DNA of 64,000 bases from an uncultured Gemmatimonadales bacterium. Lineage in GTDB: Bacteria > Gemmatimonadota > Gemmatimonadetes > Gemmatimonadales > GWC2-71-9. Shown piece by piece: positions 56,242 through 64,000 of the stretch (position 1 is its first letter; every line of letters starts with the position of its first letter). The position numbers and the translations under genes are program-made. Under the pieces are notes generated by a model. The model searched no databases. It was not told the origin of the DNA and saw nothing but the letters and a program-made list of their open reading frames with translations. The stretch lies in NCBI GenBank assembly GCA_963796335.1, contig CAWCLG010000006.1:132540-196539 (forward strand). The letters are read 5' to 3'.

Positions 56242-59157
56242 ATGACCGCCACATCCGGATTCGACGCGCCCCCGCTCCCGGCGGGGGTAGCGCCGACTCC
56301 AACCCCCGCCCAGCTCCGTGCCATCGAGGCCCCCAACGGCCCAGTCCTCGTCGTCGCAGGCCCCGGCGCCGGTAAGACCTTCTGCCTGATCGGGCGGATC
56401 GCCTATCTCATCCAGGTCCTGAAGGTCGAGCCCCAGCGGATCTGCGCCCTCACCTTCACCAACAAGGCCGCCGACGAGATCGCCGCCCGGCTCCGCCGCG
56501 AGATTGGCCCGTCCGCCGACGAAGTCCACCGCGGCACGCTCCACGCCCTCTGCCTCTCGCTGCTCCGCGAGCACGCCACCCTGATGAAGCTGCGCCGCGG
56601 CTTCGGCCTCGCCGACGAGGACTACCAGAAGCGGGTCCTCCGCCGGCTCGGCGTCCGCCCCGAGCGCCAGCCGCAGCTCCTCCGGCTCTTCGGCCGGCAC
56701 CAGCTGGAGCACTACCCGCTGACCGACGGCGACCGGGAACACTTCGAGCACTACCGCGCGGCGCTCCGCCTGCGCCACCTGCTCGACTACAACGACCTCA
56801 TCGCGCTGTCCGGCGAGCTGCTGCGCACCCACGCCGACGCCGCGGCCCAGATCCGCGGCCGGTGGGACGCGCTGCTGGTGGACGAGTTCCAGGACCTGAG
56901 CCTGGCGCAGTACGAGGTGATCACCGGAATCTGCGCCACCCACCGGCACTGCTTCGCGGTCGGCGACGACGAGCAGTCCATCTACTCCTGGGCCGGCGCC
57001 GACCCCCGGATCCTCGAGCGCTTCCGCGACGACTTCGCGGTCAGCGAAGTCGTGCTCGACAAGAACCGGCGCTGCTCCCGGCAGATCTTCGAGGCCGCGC
57101 GCAAAGTCATCGCGCGGAATCCGCGGCTGTTCGACAAGCAGATCGAGGCCGACAAGGAGTCGGAGCACTGCGTCGCCGCCTACGCCTTCCCCGACGAAGC
57201 GCGGGAGGCGGTCTGGCTGCTGGAGGACCTCTGGCGCGACCGGGAGATCTCCGGCCTCGAGTGGGGAGAGTACGCGCTGCTCTACCGGGCGCACGTCATC
57301 GGGCAGTACCTGGAGACCCGGTGCATCGAGGCCGGGATCCCCTGCCGGCTGGCCCAGGGCCAGTCGGTGCGGGACGACGAGCTGATCGGCTTCGTGGTCG
57401 CCTCGCTCCGGGTGATCCACCGCCCCGACGATCCGGTGGCGATCGAGGGCTTCGCCGACCAGGTACTCCCCAAGGCGCTCATCGAGCAGGTGCGGGCCTG
57501 CTACCGCGATCTCGACCTCGTCGCCGCGATGCGCACCTTCGGCCGGGCCAACAAGGGCGACGTCGATGCCCGGAAGGCCTGGCGGTTCGTCTTCCACGTC
57601 GAAAACCTCTCCGCCCTCGGCCGCACCCACAGTACGCTGCCGGCCCTGGTGGAAGAGCTGCTCTCCCAGAAGATCGGGAAGTATCGCAATCCGCTGGAGG
57701 AGCGGGCGGCCGAGCTGACCGATCCGGCCGTCTTTCCCGGAGCCGAGGGACTGGCGCGCCGTATCGGCGAGACGATGGCGATCCGGGGCGCCATCTGGGT
57801 GGAGCCCGACCGCGGCCTCGACATCCCCATCATCCGGCTGCTCCAGGTCGCGCTCGGCGCCGACGTCCGGCGGTTCTACCCGGGCGACACGCCGTTCCCC
57901 GGCGACCTGGTGCTGCCGGCCGGCGCGTACCGTCCGCTGGCCATCTTCAAGGCGCTGCAGCTCCACCATTGCCGCGACATGGTCGATCCGCTCCAGAACT
58001 ACGTGGCCTTCGACCTGGAGACCACGGACAAGGACATCGTCGACTGCGACGCGGTGGAGATCGCCGCGGCCAGGGTCCGGGGCGGCGTGATCGTGGCCAA
58101 GTTCGAGCGGCTGGTACAGCCCACCCGCCAGATCAGCCCCGCGGCGAGCAAGGTCCACGGATGGTACGCCGAGGACCTGTGCGACCAGCCGGCGTTCGAG
58201 CAGGTGTGGCCCGAGTTCCGCGAGTTCGTGGGCGACGACATCCTGGTCGCGCACAACGGGCAGCACTTCGACATGCCGGTGCTGCGACGGCTCGCCGCCG
58301 GTCTGCCAGGGGTGGAAGACCTGGTGTTCTACGACACCCTGCCGCTCGCCCGCTCGCTCCAGGACGAGAGCGCGAAGCTGGAGCACCTGGCGCAGCGCTT
58401 CGGCATCGATGCCGGCCGATCGCATCACGCCTCCGACGATGCGGCGACGCTAGCGGGCGTCATGCGCCACCTCGGCGCCCTGCGGCTGGCCCGCGCGCGG
58501 CGCGCGGCGCTGGTGCAGCTGCTCGGCTGGCTCGGCCTCGCCCTCGCGCTCGATGACAGCGCCGAGCCGACCGCGGAGGAGCAGGCGCTCCGGGAGCTCT
58601 CGCTGCCGGCCACGGTGGGCCGCTACGGCGACTGCCTCCAGGTCTATGCCGAGGAGCGGGAAGCCGGCGCTCCGAGCGTCGAGGACCTGGTCGACCGGCT
58701 CGGCGGCCCCAAGGTGATCGAACGGATCAGGATGCAGAGGCCGGCCGCGGAGCGGTATCCCAACTCGGTCGCCCGGCTCAACGCGCTGGTCGCCGGATGC
58801 GGCGCCGCGACGCTGGACGAGAGCATCGATCTGCTGCTCGGCAAGATCGCGCTCTCACGGAGCGACGGCTCGGAGACCGACGAGCACCGGATCAACTTGT
58901 TGACCCTGCACTCGACCAAAGGACTGGAGTTCTCCAGGGTGTATATCGTGGGCGCGGAGGACTCGTCGCTGCCCGGGATCCCGGCCTTGGAAGACAATCG
59001 GGAGCAGGAGATCCAGGAGGCGCGGCGGTTGCTCTACGTGGGGATGACTCGCGCGAAAGATCGGCTGGTGCTGACGCGGGTGATGAGTCGTAGTGGTCGG
59101 CCGACCGGTGGGGAGCTGCTGTTGAGGGAGGCGGGGTTGGGGAGTGTCGAGCCGTGA
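56242..59157 (+). CDS. UvrD/PcrA-type SF1 helicase with an embedded DEDDh (DnaQ-like) 3'-5' exonuclease domain
   Basis: Helicase motifs AGPGAGKT, DEFQD and TLHSTKGLEF..YVGMTRAK. Between them lies FDLETTD...VAHNGQHFDMPVL...HHASDDA (Exo I/II/III, DEDDh type). Confidence 0.85.
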   Translation: MTATSGFDAPPLPAGVAPTPTPAQLRAIEAPNGPVLVVAGPGAGKTFCLIGRIAYLIQVLKVEPQRICALTFTNKAADEIAARLRREIGPSADEVHRGTLHALCLSLLREHATLMKLRRGFGLADEDYQKRVLRRLGVRPERQPQLLRLFGRHQLEHYPLTDGDREHFEHYRAALRLRHLLDYNDLIALSGELLRTHADAAAQIRGRWDALLVDEFQDLSLAQYEVITGICATHRHCFAVGDDEQSIYSWAGADPRILERFRDDFAVSEVVLDKNRRCSRQIFEAARKVIARNPRLFDKQIEADKESEHCVAAYAFPDEAREAVWLLEDLWRDREISGLEWGEYALLYRAHVIGQYLETRCIEAGIPCRLAQGQSVRDDELIGFVVASLRVIHRPDDPVAIEGFADQVLPKALIEQVRACYRDLDLVAAMRTFGRANKGDVDARKAWRFVFHVENLSALGRTHSTLPALVEELLSQKIGKYRNPLEERAAELTDPAVFPGAEGLARRIGETMAIRGAIWVEPDRGLDIPIIRLLQVALGADVRRFYPGDTPFPGDLVLPAGAYRPLAIFKALQLHHCRDMVDPLQNYVAFDLETTDKDIVDCDAVEIAAARVRGGVIVAKFERLVQPTRQISPAASKVHGWYAEDLCDQPAFEQVWPEFREFVGDDILVAHNGQHFDMPVLRRLAAGLPGVEDLVFYDTLPLARSLQDESAKLEHLAQRFGIDAGRSHHASDDAATLAGVMRHLGALRLARARRAALVQLLGWLGLALALDDSAEPTAEEQALRELSLPATVGRYGDCLQVYAEEREAGAPSVEDLVDRLGGPKVIERIRMQRPAAERYPNSVARLNALVAGCGAATLDESIDLLLGKIALSRSDGSETDEHRINLLTLHSTKGLEFSRVYIVGAEDSSLPGIPALEDNREQEIQEARRLLYVGMTRAKDRLVLTRVMSRSGRPTGGELLLREAGLGSVEP

Positions 59158-59182
59158 TCGTTGATTCTGCGATAGGGTTATG

Positions 59183-59302
59183 CAAACAGCGAACCACGGA
59201 GCCACGGAGGACACGGAGTCCGCACGGAGAAAAACAAAAAGTTCTGTTGTTGTTCTCCGTGTCGATCTCCGTGTCCTCCGTGGCTCCGTGGTTCGCAGTT
59301 TG
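59183..59302. repeat. P1: 120 bp near-perfect palindromic element (CGAACCACGGAGCCACGGAGGACACGGAG arms)
   Basis: caaacagcgaaccacggagccacggaggacacggag...ctccgtgtcctccgtggctccgtggttcgcagtttg, lying between convergent genes. Confidence 0.9.
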
Positions 59303-59324
59303 ACAGCCCGCATGCGAAGCAATC

Positions 59325-60533
59325 TCAGGATTTGCCCCGCTCCGGCGGTATGGGTATCTCCCCCGTGATATCCGCCGCCGCCACCGTAAGCGCCTCCACC
59401 GACTCCGGTTCGGCCCCCGCACCGATCGACCGCGTCAGCGGCAGCGTCGCCAGCACGAGCACCCCCGCCAGCCAGAACGGCACACCCACCCCGGAATGGT
59501 CGATCAGCAGCCCCGCCGCGATCGGGAAGGCCACCCGCGACACGCCGCCGAAGGTGTGCTGCACCCCCATGTAGAGTCCGCGCTGGCGTCCCGGCACCGC
59601 CCGCGACAATAGGCCGGTGATGCAGGGAAAGAGAAACGCGGTCCCCAGCGGCATCAGCGTGAACCCCACGGCGATCCAGACGCTGCTCTGCCCGATGCCC
59701 GTCACCATCAGCCCGGCCGCCAGGACCACGATGCCGATCCGCGCCAGCCGCGCCTCGCCCAGCCGATCGACCGCATGCCCCAGCACCAGCGCCCGGATGA
59801 TGACACCCATGCCGCCGAGGTACATCACGAAGTAACCGACCGTGCTCTCGGTGATGCCGAGCCGGTCGGCCAGCAGGAGTGGGGCGATCTGGATCGTTCC
59901 ATAGAAGGCGCCGATGCCGACGGCGTAGATCCAGATGAGTCGCGAGGCGGGTTGGTACCATTGGCGCACTACGGTCCCGATCGCGGCACGGACCGCCTGC
60001 GATGGGGGGCCGCCCAGGCTCGAGAGCCGGCGCGACTCGCGGAGGAACCGCCAGGCGAACAGCGCTACCAGGAGCGCCAGGCCCGCGGCGCCGAACCCGA
60101 CGAATTCCAGTCCGCCGAGCCCCACCAGCAGCGAGCCGAACGCCGGACCTGCGACGGCGCCGAGGCTGGTGATCGCGGAGAGCCAGCCCAGGCTCTTGGT
60201 GCGGCCCTCGGGCGGCGAGACGTCGGCGACGTAGGCCTGCACCACACCGATCGTGCCTCCGCCCACGCCCTGGATCAGCCGCGCCAGCAGGAGCAACGGC
60301 ACCGAGCGGGCATAGGCGAACAACACATACGCGCCGGCGGTGATCAGCAGGCCGGCGAGAATCGCGGGCCGCCGCCCGTAGCCGTCGGACATCCGGCCCC
60401 ACAGCGGCGCCACCGCGAGCTGGGCGATGGAAAAAGCGGAGATCAGGACGCCGACGACCGCGGCGTCGGCGCCGAAATCGGTCGCGTAGTAGGGCAGGAG
60501 GGGCACGATCATCGTGAGCCCCACCATGTCCAC
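59325..60533 (-). CDS. MFS transporter (start codon uncertain)
   Basis: 12-TM MFS pattern (GRMSDGYGRRP loop). The GTG 60533 start truncates TM1. The in-frame upstream codons up to the pepP TAG stop encode the missing half of TM1. Confidence 0.75.
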   Translation of the reverse strand: MDMVGLTMIVPLLPYYATDFGADAAVVGVLISAFSIAQLAVAPLWGRMSDGYGRRPAILAGLLITAGAYVLFAYARSVPLLLLARLIQGVGGGTIGVVQAYVADVSPPEGRTKSLGWLSAITSLGAVAGPAFGSLLVGLGGLEFVGFGAAGLALLVALFAWRFLRESRRLSSLGGPPSQAVRAAIGTVVRQWYQPASRLIWIYAVGIGAFYGTIQIAPLLLADRLGITESTVGYFVMYLGGMGVIIRALVLGHAVDRLGEARLARIGIVVLAAGLMVTGIGQSSVWIAVGFTLMPLGTAFLFPCITGLLSRAVPGRQRGLYMGVQHTFGGVSRVAFPIAAGLLIDHSGVGVPFWLAGVLVLATLPLTRSIGAGAEPESVEALTVAAADITGEIPIPPERGKS

Positions 60534-60569
60534 GAACGCGGTGACGAAAAGGACTAGCAGTCCGGTCAG

Positions 60570-62036
60570 CTATCGGCTCGCTGCGTTCTGCGACCGTCGC
60601 GCCATCTCGGCCTCGACCTCGACGATCTCCCGGGGCGTCCGGGAGAGCCATTCGACCCCCCGGTCGGTGATCAGGTAGTCGTCTTCGATCCGGATCCCCG
60701 TGCCGTGGTAGCGCTCGACCGCGGAACGAACCTTGGTGATCATGGCCCGGTTCTTCGGGGTATCGGGGAGGATCTCGAGCAGCTTCCGATTGACGTAGAT
60801 GCCCGGCTCGATGGTATAGACGTCGCCCGGCTGGAAGGTGCCGGTGGCGCGCCAGGGGTGCGGGATGTCGTGCACCTCGAGCCCGATGCCGTGGCCGAGT
60901 CCGTGCGCCATATAAAGGAAGGACTGCGTACAGGCGACCGGATTGGTCCTGCACTGCTCGGCCCAGGGCGGATCGAACGTCGCATCGACGCCCTCGGTAA
61001 GGCCGAGCTTGGCGACCCCGCGTGCCACGACTTCGCGGGCCGCGTCGCGCCAGGCCTCGAAGGGCGCGCCTGGCTTCGACGCCTTCTCCGCGGCCGCCTG
61101 CGCGTCGCGCACGATCTGATAGACCGCCCGCTGCTCCGGGCTGAACTTCCCGTTCGCCGGCAGCGTGCGGGTGACGTCCGCCGCGTAGCCGCCGTAGGCC
61201 GCGCCGACGTCCATCACGACCACTTCGCCCTTCCCGATCCGGCGGCTGTTGGCGTTGTAGTGGTATTGGGTCGAGTTGGGACCGGAGCCGATGATGGCGA
61301 CGAACGCCGAGCCGTCGCCGCCGTTCCGCCGGAACGCCGACTGGAACATCGCCTCCACTTCGTACTCCCACATGCCGGGCTGGAGCGACCGCATGACCTC
61401 GCGCAGCGCCTCGCCCGTGATGTCGATCGCCCGGCGGAGCATGGCGACCTCCGCCGCGCTCTTCCGGGTGCGAAGGCTGTCGAGAATCGGGTGTCCGTCG
61501 CGCACCGTGATGTCCGGGTGCCCGTCGGCGAAGAGCCGCATGAAGTGGCGGCCTCGGATGAGCGAGTCGGTGTCCGCGGCGTCGGCGGTGGCGAAGTCGT
61601 TCAGGGTGTAGAACGGCAGGCCGGTGTCGGCGAGGGAGTCGAGCTGGGCCGGCAGCGCGCCGATCGACCGCGCCGGGATCCCCACGCGCCGGGCGATCTC
61701 CGCGGAATCGGGCGGGAAGCCGTCGTACAGCGCGCGCCGGGGGTCGCGTGCTTCGGTGTACAAGGTTGCCCGGGTGTCCCCGGGCCGGACCACCATCACC
61801 AAGGCGGCGTCAGGCTCCAGGAAGCCGGTCAGGTAACGGAACGCCGGGAGCTGAACGAAGCGCTCCGAGGTGACCGGGTTGCGCCCGCCGAAGGCGACGA
61901 CGATGCCGCTGTCGATCCGGGCGGCGAGGGAGTCGCGCCGGGTGCCGTATTCCGCCGTCGGGATCGATTGGGCGGCCAGCGCGGCGGGGAAAAGCGTGAA
62001 AAGTGAAAGGTGAAAGGTGAAAAGGAGAAGACGCAT
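60570..62036 (-). CDS. pepP: Xaa-Pro aminopeptidase (M24B, PepP family) with signal peptide
   Basis: Signal MRLLLFTFHLSLFTLFPAALAAQ, an AMP_N-like domain, and metal ligands in HGLGHGIGLEVHD and GIRIEDD. Confidence 0.85.
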   Translation of the reverse strand: MRLLLFTFHLSLFTLFPAALAAQSIPTAEYGTRRDSLAARIDSGIVVAFGGRNPVTSERFVQLPAFRYLTGFLEPDAALVMVVRPGDTRATLYTEARDPRRALYDGFPPDSAEIARRVGIPARSIGALPAQLDSLADTGLPFYTLNDFATADAADTDSLIRGRHFMRLFADGHPDITVRDGHPILDSLRTRKSAAEVAMLRRAIDITGEALREVMRSLQPGMWEYEVEAMFQSAFRRNGGDGSAFVAIIGSGPNSTQYHYNANSRRIGKGEVVVMDVGAAYGGYAADVTRTLPANGKFSPEQRAVYQIVRDAQAAAEKASKPGAPFEAWRDAAREVVARGVAKLGLTEGVDATFDPPWAEQCRTNPVACTQSFLYMAHGLGHGIGLEVHDIPHPWRATGTFQPGDVYTIEPGIYVNRKLLEILPDTPKNRAMITKVRSAVERYHGTGIRIEDDYLITDRGVEWLSRTPREIVEVEAEMARRSQNAASR

Positions 62037-62108
62037 GCGGAGACCTCGATGGAGGGGAGATTCCTGGTGCCTCGACTACGGGGTCGAAGTCCCGCGGGTT
62101 ACAGCCAT

Positions 62109-62173
62109 GTCACCCTGAGCGCAGCGAAGGGGCCAACGGCCGGCTCCGGCTCCTTCGCTTCGCTCAGGATGAC
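62109..62173. terminator. hairpin of the GTCAYCCYGAGCG family downstream of the NmrA-like gene
   Basis: GTCACCCTGAGCGCAGCGAAGG...CCTTCGCTTCGCTCAGGATGAC. Confidence 0.5.
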
Positions 62174-62180
62174 ACCGACA

Positions 62181-63140
62181 CTACGCCGGTGTTTCGATCG
62201 GAATCTTCTCCCCGTTCTGCTTGAGCCACTGGTCGAAGGTCTGCAACTCGGGGTTGAGCGAGCGGGTAAACTCCACGCTCCGCGACTTGGTGAAGTAGTC
62301 GTTGAAGTCCCGCTTGAACTGGAACATGTTGCCCATGTCGTCCGCGCCCGGAAAGCCGAAGCCGCGATAGACCTCCGGCGGCACGTCCTGATAGACCACC
62401 GTCTCCCCGATCGCCTTCGACATCTTCGCCGCCATCTCGGCGCCGGTGAGCTGCTCCCCGGAGATGCCCACGGTCTTGCCGATGAATTCCTTCCCCCGCT
62501 TGAAGATCGCGAGCGCGCACTTGCCGATGTCCTCCGACGCGATGGCGGGGAGCTTCTTGTCGCCCATCGGCATCACCAGCGCGAGCTTCCCGTCCGCGCC
62601 GCGCTTGGGGCCGGCGCCGAAGTAGATGAAGTTCTCCCAGTAGAACACGGTCTGGAGGAACGTGGTGGGCACTCCAGCTTTGGTGAACAGCGCGTCGGCC
62701 TCGCCCTTGGCGTCGAAGTGGGGAACTTTGTACTTGCCGCCGAGCGTGGGCATGCGGTCATCGCTGAGCGGGACGTGCTTGCGGGTATCGTCGAGGGTGG
62801 ACCAGATGACGTGCTCGAGCCCCGCCTGTTTCGCGGCCTCCGCCATGGCCCCCGCCTCGGCGTACTCCTTCTCCGCCGAGAAGTGGTCCCAGAAGAAGGT
62901 CACGCAGAAGGCGCCGTGGGCGCCCTCGAACGCCCGGCGCAGGGTCCCGGCGTCATCGACGTCCGCCGCCACCACTTCGACGCCCGCCGCGGCCAGCGCT
63001 TTGGCCTTGTCTGAGTTCACGTTGCGGGTCAGTGCCCGAGCCTTGAAGGGACCGTTCCTGTCCGCCAATATCGCCCGCACCAACCCCCCGCCCTGAGCGC
63101 CGGTCGCGCCCAGGACGGCGATGGTCTGCTTGTCGCTCAT
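62181..63140 (-). CDS. NmrA-family NAD(P)-binding protein
   Basis: IAVLGATGAQGGGLVRAIL Rossmann motif, with NmrA-like length and C-terminus. Confidence 0.82.
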   Translation of the reverse strand: MSDKQTIAVLGATGAQGGGLVRAILADRNGPFKARALTRNVNSDKAKALAAAGVEVVAADVDDAGTLRRAFEGAHGAFCVTFFWDHFSAEKEYAEAGAMAEAAKQAGLEHVIWSTLDDTRKHVPLSDDRMPTLGGKYKVPHFDAKGEADALFTKAGVPTTFLQTVFYWENFIYFGAGPKRGADGKLALVMPMGDKKLPAIASEDIGKCALAIFKRGKEFIGKTVGISGEQLTGAEMAAKMSKAIGETVVYQDVPPEVYRGFGFPGADDMGNMFQFKRDFNDYFTKSRSVEFTRSLNPELQTFDQWLKQNGEKIPIETPA

Positions 63141-63259
63141 GATGCTCCTCCTGAAATCGAGTCTCCTTCAATAGTAGTACGGGGACAGGATGACGGCAGG
63201 TAGTTGACAAAAGCAAGTATCTGGCGTGAATTGTCATGGTGAATTTGAGCCGTCTGTCT

Positions 63260-63375
63260 AACTGCGAACCACGGAGCCACGGAGGATACGGAGGTTCGCA
63301 CGGAGAAAAACAAAAAAGTTGTTGTTGTTTCTCCGCGCCGTCTCCGTGTCCTCCGTGGCTCCGTGGTTCGCAGTT
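63260..63375. repeat. P2: second copy of the about 120 bp palindromic element, here in a divergent promoter region
   Basis: aactgcgaaccacggagccacggaggatacggag...ctccgtgtcctccgtggctccgtggttcgcagtt. Same internal orientation as P1. Confidence 0.9.
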
Positions 63376-63398
63376 GGATACCCTGCCAAGGAGACCCC

Positions 63399-64000
63399 AT
63401 GTCCTCCACCGCCGCCGTTCGCCGATTCTCCCGGTTCTACACCCGCCAGCTCGGCCTGCTCGACGAAGGCCTCCTCGACAGCCCATTCTCCCTCAGCGAG
63501 GCCCGGATCCTCTTCGAGCTGGCCCACCATCCCGGCACCACCGCCACCGATCTGCGGGAGACGCTGACCTTGGACGCCGGGTATCTGAGCCGCATACTCC
63601 GGGGCCTGCGCAGGCAGGGGCTGATTGCGGCCCGGGCCCCGGCCGAGGATCGGCGGCAGCGGCAGCTGTCGCTCACCGAGCGGGGGAAGCGGGCATTCGA
63701 GCAGCTCGACGCGCGGTCGGGGGAGCAGGTCGGGGCCATGCTGGCACGACTTAGCGGCGCCGAGCGTAGTGGATTGATCGAGGCGATGGGCGAGATCGAG
63801 TCGCTCATGGGGAAGGCCGCCGAAAACCAGGCGGAGGCCCGTGAGCAGGTCCTCCTGCGCGACCCGATGCCCGGCGAGCTGGGTTGGGTCGTGATGCGGC
63901 ACGGGGCGATCTATTCGGCGGAGTACGGCTGGGACGCCGAGTTCGAGGGGCTGGTGGCGGCGATCGTCGGCAGGTTCGTGAAGGACCTCGACCCCCGGGT
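63399..64000 (+). CDS. MarR-family HTH fused to GNAT acetyltransferase (partial, runs off window end)
   Basis: AAGGAG lies 5 nt before ATG 63399. MarR wHTH (LSEARILFELAHHPGTTATDLRETLTLDAGYLSRILRGL), then the start of a GNAT fold (GELGWVVMRHGAIYSAEYGWD). Confidence 0.75.
   Translation, partial: MSSTAAVRRFSRFYTRQLGLLDEGLLDSPFSLSEARILFELAHHPGTTATDLRETLTLDAGYLSRILRGLRRQGLIAARAPAEDRRQRQLSLTERGKRAFEQLDARSGEQVGAMLARLSGAERSGLIEAMGEIESLMGKAAENQAEAREQVLLRDPMPGELGWVVMRHGAIYSAEYGWDAEFEGLVAAIVGRFVKDLDPR

Overview
This is a high-GC bacterial chromosome segment. Its gene content (ADOP duplicated permease, FISUMP-domain protein, PD40 propeller lipoproteins, SPOR/TPR proteins, characteristic intergenic hairpins) suggests a Gemmatimonadota- or Acidobacteriota-like soil organism; that placement is inference only. 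Layout: (i) 1-23.9 kb is housekeeping: mutS, holA, upp, a ClC channel, NUDIX, a beta-CASP RNase, a Sir2 deacylase, a lipoprotein/histidine-kinase/sigma54-response-regulator operon, and three tandem PD40 lipoprotein paralogues. (ii) tRNA-Phe lies at 23.88 kb, followed by a visibly less GC-rich stretch (24-30 kb) holding a large unknown protein and an RCC1-repeat lipoprotein, both with broken reading frames, and a PAF-acetylhydrolase-like hydrolase. (iii) 30-36.8 kb holds miscellaneous genes: ADOP permease, msrA, an S1 protease, a FISUMP protein and an NhaP antiporter. (iv) 36.9-47.8 kb is a complete type II secretion-like operon (gspE-G-F, four minor pseudopilins, L/M/C-like genes, secretin). 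It is bracketed by two receiver-less sigma54 enhancer-binding proteins and preceded by a highly structured 500 bp intergenic region: inverted octamer arrays, a long hairpin, a dyad-repeat candidate UAS and a -24/-12 promoter candidate. (v) 47.85-56.1 kb is a low-GC polymorphic-toxin region: immunity-like cassettes, an HExxH protein flanked by direct repeats, then a Sec-signal Rhs protein with an unrecognised C-terminal domain, a coupled immunity candidate, and its own -24/-12 promoter candidate with an upstream triple-GTCTCA element. (vi) 56.2-64 kb holds a UvrD-type helicase with an embedded DEDDh exonuclease, an MFS transporter, PepP, an NmrA-like protein and a MarR-GNAT regulator. The most interesting hypothesis is a sigma54-gated cascade linking the secretion machine to the Rhs toxin. 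Caveats: seven genes between 25.5 and 43.7 kb, including gspF and the gspL-like gene, need the same +1 frame correction, which may be an assembly artefact or real decay. No homology search could be run, so all family calls rest on recognised motifs.
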